Part shown: piece by piece, positions 10,137 through 19,388 of the stretch | Position numbering within the stretch: position 1 is the first letter of the stretch | Layout of the letters: each line of letters starts with the position of its first letter | NCBI GenBank assembly: GCA_963749495.1 | Contig: CAVVMW010000021.1 | Location: 320,001-384,000 of the forward strand | Reading direction: 5' to 3' | Source: an uncultured bacterium | GTDB taxonomy: Bacteria; Verrucomicrobiota; Verrucomicrobiia; Limisphaerales; UBA8199 | Length of the DNA: 64,000 nucleotides | Program-made: the position numbers and the translations under genes | Notes under the pieces: model-generated | Seen by the model: the letters and a program-made list of their open reading frames with translations, nothing else | The model's database searches: none | Told to the model about the DNA's origin: nothing

Positions 10137-10376
10137 ATGACGCAGAAGAATATCAGCGGCAGGCAGCTCCGGCACGGCAGCCCGGAGGAATCACTGTCGC
10201 CAGGTGAAAGTCTGACCATCAAGAAGCGTGGCGGAAAGGTGTTCCAACTGACCCGCACAGATGCCGGCGGCAGGGACATCAATGCCCAGATGGATCAACT
10301 CTTTAAGGACATCCCGCCGGAGGGTCCGCGCGTGAAAACGGACCTCGTCCGCCTGCTGATGGAGGAACGGGAATGA
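10137..10376 (+). CDS. Putative Phd/YefM-like type II antitoxin
   Basis: 79 aa; ISGRQLR...GESLTIKKRGG pattern; 4-bp overlap with PIN toxin gene. Confidence 0.7.
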   Translation: MTQKNISGRQLRHGSPEESLSPGESLTIKKRGGKVFQLTRTDAGGRDINAQMDQLFKDIPPEGPRVKTDLVRLLMEERE

Positions 10377-10813
10377 GGGTTTACTGCGACACCAGTTTTT
10401 TATTTAGTTATCTGAACGAAGACGATGTCAACCACGCTGCCGCGCGAGCGCGGGCAGGCCGGTTATCCGGCGATGACTTTGTCATCTGCGAAGTTCACCT
10501 ATTGGAACTGCCCGCCGCCGTGCGGGCGGCAACGCACCGGGATGCGGGTGCGGTTCCGGTCCCGATTGCGCGCCGGATAATCAACCGGTTCGACCGCGCG
10601 GTGACTGGGAAAATCTTTCTCAAAAAACAGTTGGACATGGCGGAGTCTGTCGCCATGGCCCGTTCTCTTGGTGAGAGCCACGGCTGGAGCGAGCGCCACA
10701 CCACTTTTGACCTGTGGCACCTGGCCGCTGCGTGGTCGCTGTCTGCCGGGGCCTTCCTTACCTTCGACCAGCGCCAGGAAAAGATCGCCCGCAGCCTGGG
10801 CATGAAGACCTGA
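10373..10813 (+). CDS. VapC-family PIN domain toxin
   Basis: YCDTSFL, E-D-H, D.WHLA.A, FLTFD.RQ. Confidence 0.88.
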   Translation: MRVYCDTSFLFSYLNEDDVNHAAARARAGRLSGDDFVICEVHLLELPAAVRAATHRDAGAVPVPIARRIINRFDRAVTGKIFLKKQLDMAESVAMARSLGESHGWSERHTTFDLWHLAAAWSLSAGAFLTFDQRQEKIARSLGMKT

Positions 10814-10850
10814 GCTTTAACATCATACGAGCTCCGATATACTGCTCCCG

Positions 10851-11402
10851 ATGGAACTGAAAGAACAAGCGCCCGCGGCTACTTTGGCCCGCAGGCTGGG
10901 AGACACCGCCCACGTGTCGGGCTTGGTCATCCGGTTGGCGCGGTTGAGCGGGGCCGGGGATCGCCTGCCGGAATGGCTCCTGAGAACCGCGGTGGAACGG
11001 GGTGCCAAACACTACCAACGCGACTTCGATCCCTCGCTCCCGCCGGACAACCCGGCGATCTCTGACGAAGGAATTGGCATCGCTCTCTGCCTGGGGCAGA
11101 TGCCCGACGATCCTTGGTTCATCCGCGCGGCGGCCCAGCTGCTCTCCTCGCCGCGGGTGGATCCGCAGCGCCTCGCCCGCCTGGCGAAGATGGAACGTGT
11201 CGAACCGGTCCTGCTCCACATCGCCGCCGCCTGTGAGCGCGTGGGCGAAAAGTCGGAACCGTGGGCGAGCTTGCGGCGACAACTCCATCCGCGGCGCACC
11301 GTCCGCACCGAAGCCCTCCCCCACTGGACGCGGTTTGCCATTCTGCCGGGCCTCACGCGCAACGGCTACGCGCCACCGCAGTGGCTCAAGCGCCGTGAAT
11401 AA
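10851..11402 (+). CDS. Hypothetical protein, paralog 1 (putative partner of nucleotidyltransferase)
   Basis: About two-thirds identical by eye to 11463-12017. Confidence 0.75.
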   Translation: MELKEQAPAATLARRLGDTAHVSGLVIRLARLSGAGDRLPEWLLRTAVERGAKHYQRDFDPSLPPDNPAISDEGIGIALCLGQMPDDPWFIRAAAQLLSSPRVDPQRLARLAKMERVEPVLLHIAAACERVGEKSEPWASLRRQLHPRRTVRTEALPHWTRFAILPGLTRNGYAPPQWLKRRE

Positions 11403-11472
11403 TCCCCTCGCCATCCTGCAAACGCTGGACCGCCACCTCGATCACCCGATACTTTACAGCCAATGGAACTGA
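11395..11472 (+). pseudogene. 5' stub of a DUF6036-like nucleotidyltransferase
   Basis: MNNPLAILQTLDRHL matches the N-terminus of 12010-12585 (MNNPLRILQTLDRHL), then stops. Confidence 0.8.
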
Positions 11473-12017
11473 AGGAACAAGCGCAGGCAACCACCCTGGC
11501 CCGCAACCTGGGAGACTTGGCCCACGTTTCGGGCCTGGCCATCCGCTTGGCGAGCTTGACCGGGACAGGAGATCGTCTTCCAGAGTGGCTTCTCAAGGTC
11601 GCGGTGGAACGGGGCGCAACGCATTACCAGCGTAACTTCGATCCGGCGCTCCCACCGGACATCCCGACAATCTCCGACGAAGAAATTGGCGTTGCCCTGT
11701 GCCTGGGCCAGCACCCTTACCACTTGGACAACCTTCGCGCCGCCGCCCAGTTGCTCACTTCGCCGCGCGTGGATGCCGCACGCCTTTGCCGCCTCGCCGT
11801 GCGCGAGCGTTGCGAACCGGTGCTGCTCCACATCGCCGCGGTCGCCGAACGCTTCGCCGCCGCGCTGGAGCCCTGGGCCTACCTGCGCGAGCACCTGCCG
11901 CCCCGCTGGGTCCCCCGGACCGGTGCCCTGCCGCACTGGACTCGCCTTGTGAGCCACACGGGGGTGACCGCGCAAGGAGGTCCGCCGAAAACCGTCTGGC
12001 TCTGCCGCCATGAATAA
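11463..12017 (+). CDS. Hypothetical protein, paralog 2 (putative antitoxin partner)
   Basis: Overlaps the start of the downstream nucleotidyltransferase by 8 bp. Confidence 0.75.
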   Translation: MELKEQAQATTLARNLGDLAHVSGLAIRLASLTGTGDRLPEWLLKVAVERGATHYQRNFDPALPPDIPTISDEEIGVALCLGQHPYHLDNLRAAAQLLTSPRVDAARLCRLAVRERCEPVLLHIAAVAERFAAALEPWAYLREHLPPRWVPRTGALPHWTRLVSHTGVTAQGGPPKTVWLCRHE

Positions 12018-12585
12018 CCCGCTGCGTATCCTCCAGACCCTGGACCGGCATCTGACCGCGCCAGTGGAAATCACCCTGTTCGGTCGCGCCGCGCTGGCTC
12101 TCGGCTTCGCCGCGGGCCCCGCCGCTTTTGCCGCCACGCACGATGTGGACGCCATCCTGCCGCTTGCGTGGCTGGCGGTCGAAGACGAGAACCTGGACTT
12201 CTGGGAGGCTCAGCAACGCACCAACGCCGAGCTCGAACCGGAAGGTCTCTATCTCACGCACCTGTTTCGTGAACTGGAGGTCATTCTCACACCGGACTGG
12301 CTGGGCCGCCGCGTTCGAATCCCGCTGGGGCTCGAGCGTCTGACGGTGTTCCGTCCGGCCACACTCGATCTCATCCTCACCAAAATGGCGCGTGGCGATG
12401 CCAACGACCTGGCCGACATCGCATTTCTGTTGACCCGCGAATCGCTGACCGCCGATCAACTGCGCGCGGCGTTTGCGCGCGCCCGTGTGCCCGACGTGCC
12501 TGAAATCCAGGCTCTTTTCCGCGCTGCCCAACCCAAAGTCCTGGCACTGGTGCAGCCTCGAGGAAATAGGACTGCCTCCTCATGA
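12010..12585 (+). CDS. DUF6036-like nucleotidyltransferase (AbiEii-like putative toxin)
   Basis: LFGRAALAL, T.DVD, DLILTKMARG..NDLADI motifs. Confidence 0.7.
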   Translation: MNNPLRILQTLDRHLTAPVEITLFGRAALALGFAAGPAAFAATHDVDAILPLAWLAVEDENLDFWEAQQRTNAELEPEGLYLTHLFRELEVILTPDWLGRRVRIPLGLERLTVFRPATLDLILTKMARGDANDLADIAFLLTRESLTADQLRAAFARARVPDVPEIQALFRAAQPKVLALVQPRGNRTASS

Positions 12586-12753
12586 AGCCACTCCCCAGGA
12601 CGCCGAAGGCGTCGCTCATACCAGCCCGGGGCCAGCGCTCGGGGGTTCACGGCCCTACGCGCTCGGCTGAGCGCTGAAGGCGCGATTCATCGTGCCCCTG
12701 AGCAACGCGCCAAATTCCTTGTAAATCACCGGTTGCCCTCGTAGAATCGGCGC

Positions 12754-13395
12754 GTGTGCACGGGTTTCGAATACGATGTTTTCCTAAGCCACAGCTCAAA
12801 GGACAAGACGGTGGTGCGCCCGCTGGCGGAGCGGTTGCGCACTTGTCGCGCCGAAGCCGCCGGGCGAAGGCGGAAGGACGGGCTGAAGGTGTGGCCCGTC
12901 CGGCTGAAGCGCCTGCGAGAAGGCGGATTCGATGGATGGGTGCTCAGGCCCGAGCCTCCCCTCGCCCATCGGCTGGGAGAGGGCTCAGCGGTGAGGGCGG
13001 CGAAGGTCAATCCGCCTTCGCTCACAAGCTACGGCGGGACAGGGGACCGGCTGGAGCACTCGCTCGTGCTGGCTGGTCCGGCCGTAGCTTCAGTGCGAAG
13101 GCGGACCTGTCCCGCCGTAACCTCTTGGCGGAGGCGGATGCTCTGCATGTCGGCCAGTGCTTTCGGCTCTGACTGGGCGCAGTTGGCTCGTCGCTCCGAA
13201 GCTTCAGTGCGAAGGCGGAAGGCCGGCACGTGTGGGAGGGGCAACTTGCCCTTTCGCGACCCGCTGAACCTGGAGCGGCGTTTCATTCCCCTGCGCCTCG
13301 ACGACGCCCCCATCAAAGGCTCCGTGGAACAAACCCCGTCCAGTAGTAATAGCCGCTATAGCTGCATCGACAGGCATGGACATCCCCCGATTTGA
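12754..13395 (+). pseudogene. TIR-domain gene (N-terminal remnant) with multiple in-frame palindromic insertions
   Basis: Removing the inserts restores YDVFLSHSSKDK.VVRPLAERLRKDGLKVWFD.W...LEHS.VLVLCMSA.AFGSDWAQLEAGT...FRDPLN.ERRFIPLRLDDAPIKGS. Confidence 0.85.
12842..13219. repeat. Six 33-bp REP-like insertions (12842-12874, 12895-12927, 13011-13043 inverted, 13073-13105, 13106-13138, 13187-13219)
   Basis: Consensus CYNGTCSSGCCGWAGC-N6-GCGAAGGCGGA; each exactly 33 bp. Confidence 0.9.
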
Positions 13396-16300
13396 AACGC
13401 AACACCTGAATCCAAGAATCGCTGGCGCCGACATCGGTGATGCTTTTCAAGGATTCGTTCATGAATTACTTCTGCCTGAGCATCCCCAACTGCATCGTTT
13501 TCCTGGTGGCGGAAAAGATGGAGGAATCGATCTCATTGAGACGGCAGGCGCGTGCTTCGTCGCACAATGCAAGGTTGTCGGGGACGACGACTACGCACAA
13601 ATCGAACAGCGCTGGAAAACGGTGAGGGGGCACTTGGAGGAACATCTGCGCGACCCCAATGGGCCGACCAAAGGTCAGTCGTAATACGGTCCTTGGTATT
13701 CTACGGACGCGCCAATCGCTGAGTAGGCTCTCTGTGTCAGCGCAGTCTTCGCAAACGAGCAACTACGCCGTGACCTGGCGACAGGGATCGCCGGTTACTT
13801 CCGCGATGTCGCCAAGCGGCGCCGACACCTCTCCCATCTTGCAGCTCTGAGGGTCACAGTTGTTGACTGGAACGACCTTTGCGACCGCCTGCGCAAGCGA
13901 CCCAACACTCTGTTTCGGTGGTTTCCCAGATCACGGCCAAACGGCTTCGTCCCGCTTGATGAAGCGATTGATGTCGGCACATTCCGCGCTTACCTCAACA
14001 GTGGCACGTTGCCTTACTACAGCGTGGCTGAACATCTGTACGCCGCGCCCTCGCCGGGCAACGTCGCGATTCTGGATGAGGATAGTCTTCTCGTTCAGAT
14101 CGACAACCGGACGGTTACGGGACTGGTAATCAGCGGGAAGGGCGGGATCGGGAAAAGCCGGTTGACGTTGGAGCTTGGTTGGAAGGCGCTAAGAAAGGGT
14201 TGGGCCGTCATGCGAGTGGAAAGCCGCCTCAAGAGCGATGCGCTGGAGAGGCTCGCTGAACAGCTCTCGCCGCACATCCCAGCGCTGTTGCTCGTTGATT
14301 ACATCGAGACGCAGAGTGATTTCCTCGAACTGGTGGAGAATATATATCTTCTGAATGACACAGGCGTGGCACGCATTGGCTACGTTGCGGCGTGCCGCAC
14401 CGGTTACTACCACGAAGCTGTCGGTGGGACTGCCAGGCACTTGCCTCTTGATCTTTCGCCTCCACCGGGAGATGCCGCGGCTTTCTGGTTTAAGGAATAT
14501 CGCTGTGAATCTGTCAAGAGGATCTTGGCCAGAGCTGGACTCACCGTTACAGCGCAACATCTGGCAGTTTGTCACGATCTTCCGATTCTAGCCGTCTTCT
14601 TAACTTACCTGCACACGTTAGGGCGAACTGAGGAGCTTGCGGAATTGCTCAGGGAGGCAGAGTTTGGGCGGTGGATTGCCAGACGGGTGCAACTCAGTTT
14701 TTCGGCAAGGGATGTTTCGCGTGCCTTGGCATTGCTCGTTCCGCTGTTTCCGATGACGGATGCTGCCGCCGACAGACTTGAGTCTGTACAACTGCGTCCG
14801 GTTTTCGAACGTTTGGCAACTGACGGCTGGATCGAACGGGTGACGCCGTCCGAGCCGGCTTCATCCTGCGAGTGGGTTACGGCCCACGACGTTCTGGCCG
14901 ATCAGATCCTGATTGCCTATTTGCGCAGCATCCCCAATACGGCTGAGGCTTTTGTGGCACAACTCCTTTCACTCGCTACGAAGCTTGATTGTCTCGCTTC
15001 TGCCCTAATCGCGTTACAGCGAATCGCCGACGCGCCGCCCCTTAACGCTGTGCCGTGGGGTATGGTCATTACGAAGGCGATTGAAATGAACGAGAACGCC
15101 TGGCGTAAGGTCCGCAGCCTCCTGATTCGAACGACACCGCTGTCCGTTCCCGAAGGAATTGCGCTGCTCAATAAGCACAAGGGTCTTTGGACCGATGCGG
15201 AGCGAGAGATTGACTTCCACAATGCCCTTGGATGGTTCTGCCGCTGGTTGGCAATCACGCGCAGCGGGATTGATTCGGCGACACTTAAGCAGGAGTTAAC
15301 CCCATGGGTGATCAAAGCCGCACTGTTTGCCGAGAGAAGCAATTTTGTGCTCTCATGGGGCTTGCGGCTCGTTCCTGAAGCTTTGGCACATGTCGCACTA
15401 AAATGGATTGCCAATCGCCCAACTCTCTTCCAAACGCACTACTTAGTGGTCGCATGGCTGCAATGTCACCTGCCGGTCAAGGAAATCGGTGCCGCGGTTC
15501 AGTCCTGGTGTCAGAAGTTTTCGTCGGACCCTCACCTGAGCTTCGTAGCTGAGGCTTGGCTGGACGCTGGCGGAGACAAGACGGTCGTGGAACAACCGAT
15601 CCGAGACTGGCTGGGCGTCAACGCGAACAGGACGGGCGGGGCGGCAAGCCATGTTTACAGAGCTTGGCTGGAGGCTGGCGGGGACAACACGCTGGTGGAA
15701 CAACCGATCCGAGACTGGCTGGGCGTCGAGGCGAACAGGACGGGTGAGGCGGCAAGCCATGTTTACAAAGCTTGGCTGGACGCTGGCGGGGAACGGAATG
15801 TTGTGTGGGACTCCCTGCTGCTCTGGCTGACAAAGTACCGCACGAACGAATCTGCAGTATATGTGACGCACTTCGTGGCTAGGCACCGGGACCTCCCAGA
15901 GGCGTCAGTGAAGGACGTCTTGGCGTGGTGTCGCGCGTTCCCGGCGCACGAGGACGTTTTGTGGCGAGTGACCCAGCTCGGATCAAACCTCTTGAACGTC
16001 GATGTTTTGGAGGATGCGTGTGCGACAGCAGAAACGCTGTTGTCCCACACTGTTGACTCTTTAGAGGAAGTCAGCGAGCTAGCACGCGGGCAAGTCACGA
16101 CATTGCTCTGTTACCTGGTTGATGCTGCTAAAGAGCATTCGAGCAAAATGCGCGACCGATTGGACCGGCTCATTGTACTTTGGATGAGATACCCGGCCTC
16201 GTTTGGACGCAAACCGAAGCCTCACGCCAATATTCAGCGAATCGGATTTGCTCGCAGAGTGCTGCTCCTGCTTGATTCAGGTGAACTCAATATTGCCCGG

Positions 16301-16453
16301 GACAAAGCTTCTGTCCAACGGTTTCTCGAATGGATCGATGAGTGGGAAGTAGTCTGGAAGCGAAGGTTGCATTCGTCGATTGAGGTTTATAGCACACGGT
16401 ATCCAGCACCGGAAGCGTGGAGCATCGTTCGTTTGGAGGAACCGGAGGAATGA
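13376..16453 (+). pseudogene. Restriction-endonuclease-like + P-loop (STAND-like) NTPase + helical repeat protein, interrupted by TAA 13682 and TAG 13724
   Basis: FQ..V..LL...GKDGGID...AQCK PD-(D/E)XK motif; Walker A SGKGGIGKS; Walker B-like LLLVDY; 13376 and 14009 ORFs in the same frame; visibly AT-richer than flanks. Confidence 0.75.
15554..15790 (+). repeat. 108-bp (36 aa) intragenic tandem repeat, ~2.2 copies
   Basis: Units start at 15554, 15662 and 15770: AWL(D/E)AGGD.T.VEQPIRDWLGV.ANRTG.AASHVY. Confidence 0.9.
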
Positions 16454-16454
16454 G

Positions 16455-16850
16455 TTAATTGCTCTGAAGCACGAAACCCGAGTACTGAGGTGGTTCCACG
16501 AAGTGCGTGCGGTGGTAAACCTGTTGACCGGGCCGGGTACGATCCAACGTCTGGACTGTGGCGGCTTCATCCTGCTGCGACCGGAGGTGCTGAGCCAGTA
16601 CGCCGCCGCCGTGCTGCGGAAGGTCCGCAAACATCCGCAGGAGCTGGGCTGCATCCGCGAGGATGAGTTGCTGGCCGGGGCTTTGGGCTACCAGGATTTC
16701 AAACGCCCGCCGCACGATGACGAGGCGGTTGTGTTGCGCACCCTGCTGGAGACTTTCATCAGCCGGGCTTGGTGTTTACGCCAGCCTTGCGATGCCTCGG
16801 AGATGCTGACTTTTCCGAGCTAATTTAGCCGCGAGCGCGAGCGTCAACCA
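16455..16850 (+). pseudogene. Internal (COR-like) fragment of a TIR-...-DUF4365 multidomain protein
   Basis: RAVVNLLTGPG...ILLRPE.L..YAAAV.R...E.GCI.E...FPS*FSRER; no proper start; back to host GC. Confidence 0.5.
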
Positions 16851-16858
16851 AAGTGACA

Positions 16859-16933
16859 AACCGCTAATCGTCGCTGATGGACGCTAATGTGGAGACTTGG
16901 CCCATTAGCACATATGAGCGCCGATTAGCGGTT
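16859..16933. repeat. Empty periodic inverted-repeat element (3 x 10-mer arms, 15-bp spacer)
   Basis: AACCGCTAAT-CGTCGCTGAT-GGACGCTAAT ... ATTAGCACAT-ATGAGCGCCG-ATTAGCGGTT. Confidence 0.8.
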
Positions 16934-17428
16934 CATGATCGGCTGGCATTTATCGGCCGGGCGGTGATTGACAACGAGAGCCGCGAACTGCTGGCGGTGC
17001 ATCACACCGGATTCATCGTGGCCGAAGCCGGGCAAATCTATCTCGGCTACACCTACAGCGATCACGGGATTGATGGCGAGATCGAGTTCAAGGACGACCA
17101 GGGGCGCGCCTCCGGGAAGCGTCTCTACGTGCAGCTTAAGTCTGGCGACTCCTATCTCAAGAAACGCCGGGGCGATGGGGCGGAGGTGTTTCAGATCAAG
17201 AACCCACGCTGGGCCGATTACTGGCAGCAGCAGGCTTACGCCGTCATGCTGGTCATCCGCACGTCCGATGGCGAAATTCGCTGGATGGACGTGAGCGCGT
17301 GGCTGAAACGCGAAAGCGTCGGCGGGAAAACCGTGAGGCAAATCGTCTTCGAGGGCGAACGGTTTGATGTGATGAGCGTGCGGCGGTGGCGAGAGCGAGT
17401 GCTGTGCGCAACGGGCAAGGACTGCTAA
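16877..17428 (+). CDS. DUF4365 (PD-(D/E)XK nuclease-like) domain, likely a C-terminal remnant
   Basis: DHGIDGEIEF...LYVQLKSG...YW....VMLV; the annotated ATG lies inside a repeat element. Confidence 0.75.
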   Translation: MDANVETWPISTYERRLAVHDRLAFIGRAVIDNESRELLAVHHTGFIVAEAGQIYLGYTYSDHGIDGEIEFKDDQGRASGKRLYVQLKSGDSYLKKRRGDGAEVFQIKNPRWADYWQQQAYAVMLVIRTSDGEIRWMDVSAWLKRESVGGKTVRQIVFEGERFDVMSVRRWRERVLCATGKDC

Positions 17429-17470
17429 TGTTTAGCGTTGATTTGTTCAGGGGGGCAGTCCAATGATTTG

Positions 17471-17982
17471 AACCGCTGATAATCACTAATTTACGCTAAT
17501 CGGACCAAGTAATCATATGAAGGCGGAAGTATATAAGGAAGAGGGCTACCAGTTCATGGGCGCGGCATTCGAGGTCTATAACGACCGGGGTTACGGACTG
17601 GCGGAGGAGATTTACCAGGAATGCCTCGAAATCGAGCTGGAGTTGCGCGCGATTGCGTTTCGGTCCAAAGCCGAAATCCGGTGCTTTTACAAGGGGCGCG
17701 AACTCAAGAAGCGCTACATCCCGGACCTGTTCGTGTTCGGTTGCCTGGTGGTGGAATTGAAGGCGGTGGCGGAGCTTGCGCCGGAGCATGAGGCGCAACT
17801 CATGAACTACCTGCGTATCGCCCGACAACCGGTCGGCTACTTGGTGAACTTCGGCCACAAAGGGACGCTCGAGTGGAAACGGTTCATCCTCTCGGAATTC
17901 ATCGCGCAAAGCGTTCACCCTGGCGCACCCCATGCTGCCGTTCCCAAGGTAGATTAGCGTAGATTAGCGCAGATTAGCGGTT
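17471..17982. mobile_element. Candidate element: GxxExxY gene bounded by 31-bp periodic inverted repeats
   Basis: Left arm 17471-17501 AACCGCTGATAATCACTAATTTACGCTAATC; right arm 17952-17982 GATTAGCGTAGATTAGCGCAGATTAGCGGTT. Confidence 0.6.
17517..17957 (+). CDS. GxxExxY protein (PD-(D/E)XK nuclease superfamily)
   Basis: GLAEEIY, PDL, VVELKA, AQLMNYL, GYLVNFG. Confidence 0.92.
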   Translation: MKAEVYKEEGYQFMGAAFEVYNDRGYGLAEEIYQECLEIELELRAIAFRSKAEIRCFYKGRELKKRYIPDLFVFGCLVVELKAVAELAPEHEAQLMNYLRIARQPVGYLVNFGHKGTLEWKRFILSEFIAQSVHPGAPHAAVPKVD

Positions 17983-17987
17983 CCAGA

Positions 17988-19059
17988 TTAGCCATTCCCG
18001 AGCCCAAGCTCAAACTCGAGCTCCCCGGCCTGCGGAAGGCGGCGGTGGACAACTCGGGGCTGGTTTCCGGCAGGCCAGCCTTCCGGCGCGCGACGTGGAA
18101 CATTTGAGAAATCTGGTCGGCGAAGCTCCCCTCTCCGCGCATCCGGGAACCGAAGCGCGGATCGTTGAGCTTGCCGCCGCGCAGGGCACGGATGCGGCCC
18201 AGGATTTTTTCCTTTTTCGCGGGGACAGTACGTTCGAGCCATTGCTCGAAGATCGGCGCGACGGCCAGGGGCAGGCGCAGGACCTCGGTGCCGGCCCACA
18301 CCGCCCCGGCGGCTTTGGCTGCGGCCAGGACCGAGGGGATCTCGTGATCGGTCAGGGCCGGGATGACGGGGGCGACCAGGACGCCCACGGGCACGCCGGC
18401 GTTGGCCAGGAGTTCAACAGCGTCCAGGCGCTGCCTGGGCGAGGAGGCCCGGGCTCGAGCTGGCGCGCCAGATCGGGGTCGAGCGAGTTTATCGAGAAGT
18501 TGACGTGCACCGCCTGGCAGGCCGCCAGTTCGCGCAGCAGGTCCAGGTTGCGCGTGACCAGGAAGTTCTTGGTGACGATGCTGACCGGGTTGCGGAATTC
18601 GGCCAGTACGGCCAGGCATCGGCGGGTGAGTTGGAACCGGCGTTCGATGGGCTGGTAGCAATCGGTCACGCCGCTCATCGCCAACTCCTGGGGTTTCCAT
18701 TTGGGAGAAGAGAGTTCGCGTCTCAGGAGTTCCGGCGCGTTCTCCTTGACCATGATGCGGCTCTCGAAATCGAGCCCCGCGGAAAAGCCCAGGTATTCAT
18801 GATAGGGCCGCGCGTAGCAATAGCTGCACCCGTGCTCGCAGCCGCGATAGGGATTGAGGCTGGCGCGGAACGGGATGTCGGGGCTGTCGTTGTAAGTGAT
18901 GATACTCTGGGTGAGGTCGCGGAGGAATTGGGTCCTCGGGGCCGGGTCCTGCTCCGGGTCCCAGTCCGCATCGCGTTCGAGCCAGATGCGCTCGAAGCGG
19001 TTCGGAGGGTTGCTCGATGCGCCTCGCCCGCGCGGAGATGTTGCCGGCCTGTCGCTCAC
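17988..19059 (-). CDS. PA0069/Rv2578c-family radical SAM protein (frameshift near 18453)
   Basis: NPYRGCEHGCSYCYARP, GVTDCYQP, VAPVIPALTD, FGSRMRGEG; termini approximate. Confidence 0.88.
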
Positions 19060-19124
19060 ACCTTCATTTTCCACCATCCTGGCGCTCGCGTCGAGGCACG
19101 TCCGTGCAGCTCCGCATTCTCGGG

Positions 19125-19329
19125 CGGGGCCGTTGACAAAGTTGTAGCGCAGGTTTCCAAACCTGCTGTATCGCCGATTTCCAATCGGCAGGGCGTCGGC
19201 ATGTCGAGCGCCCCCGGTTTGCGGACGGCCTGCGGGTTTGGAAACCCGCGATACAGCAGGTTTGGAAACCTGCGCTACGCTGGCGCCCCTGGCGCACAGG
19301 CGCGCCGAGCGACTTTGACAATGGCCCTG
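19125..19329. mobile_element. ~205-bp MITE-like element carrying a REP doublet, copy 1
   Basis: Imperfect TIR GGGCCGTTGACAAAG / CTTTGACAATGGCCC; flanking CATTCTC(G/A)GG near-duplication; homolog at 26475. Confidence 0.75.
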
Positions 19330-19388
19330 CATTCTCAGGCCGTATGGCTGCACGGGCCTGGGACGACCACCAAAGGCGGGTCGCCTGC

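Noticed and set aside
8418..10376. 652-aa ORF as a protease-antitoxin fusion
   Set aside because: Product of the frameshift near 8990; the middle is an off-frame read of the protease and the end is the separate antitoxin gene.
12842..13219. 33-bp repeats with intervening sequence as a CRISPR array
   Set aside because: The repeats are degenerate, one is inverted, spacing is irregular (0 to ~80 bp), the intervening DNA is contiguous TIR coding sequence, and there are no cas genes.
16859..16933. AAC...GTT hairpin as an integron attC site
   Set aside because: The flanks do not fit RYYYAAC/GTTRRRY, there is no integrase in the window, and the arms match the GxxExxY-flanking repeat instead.
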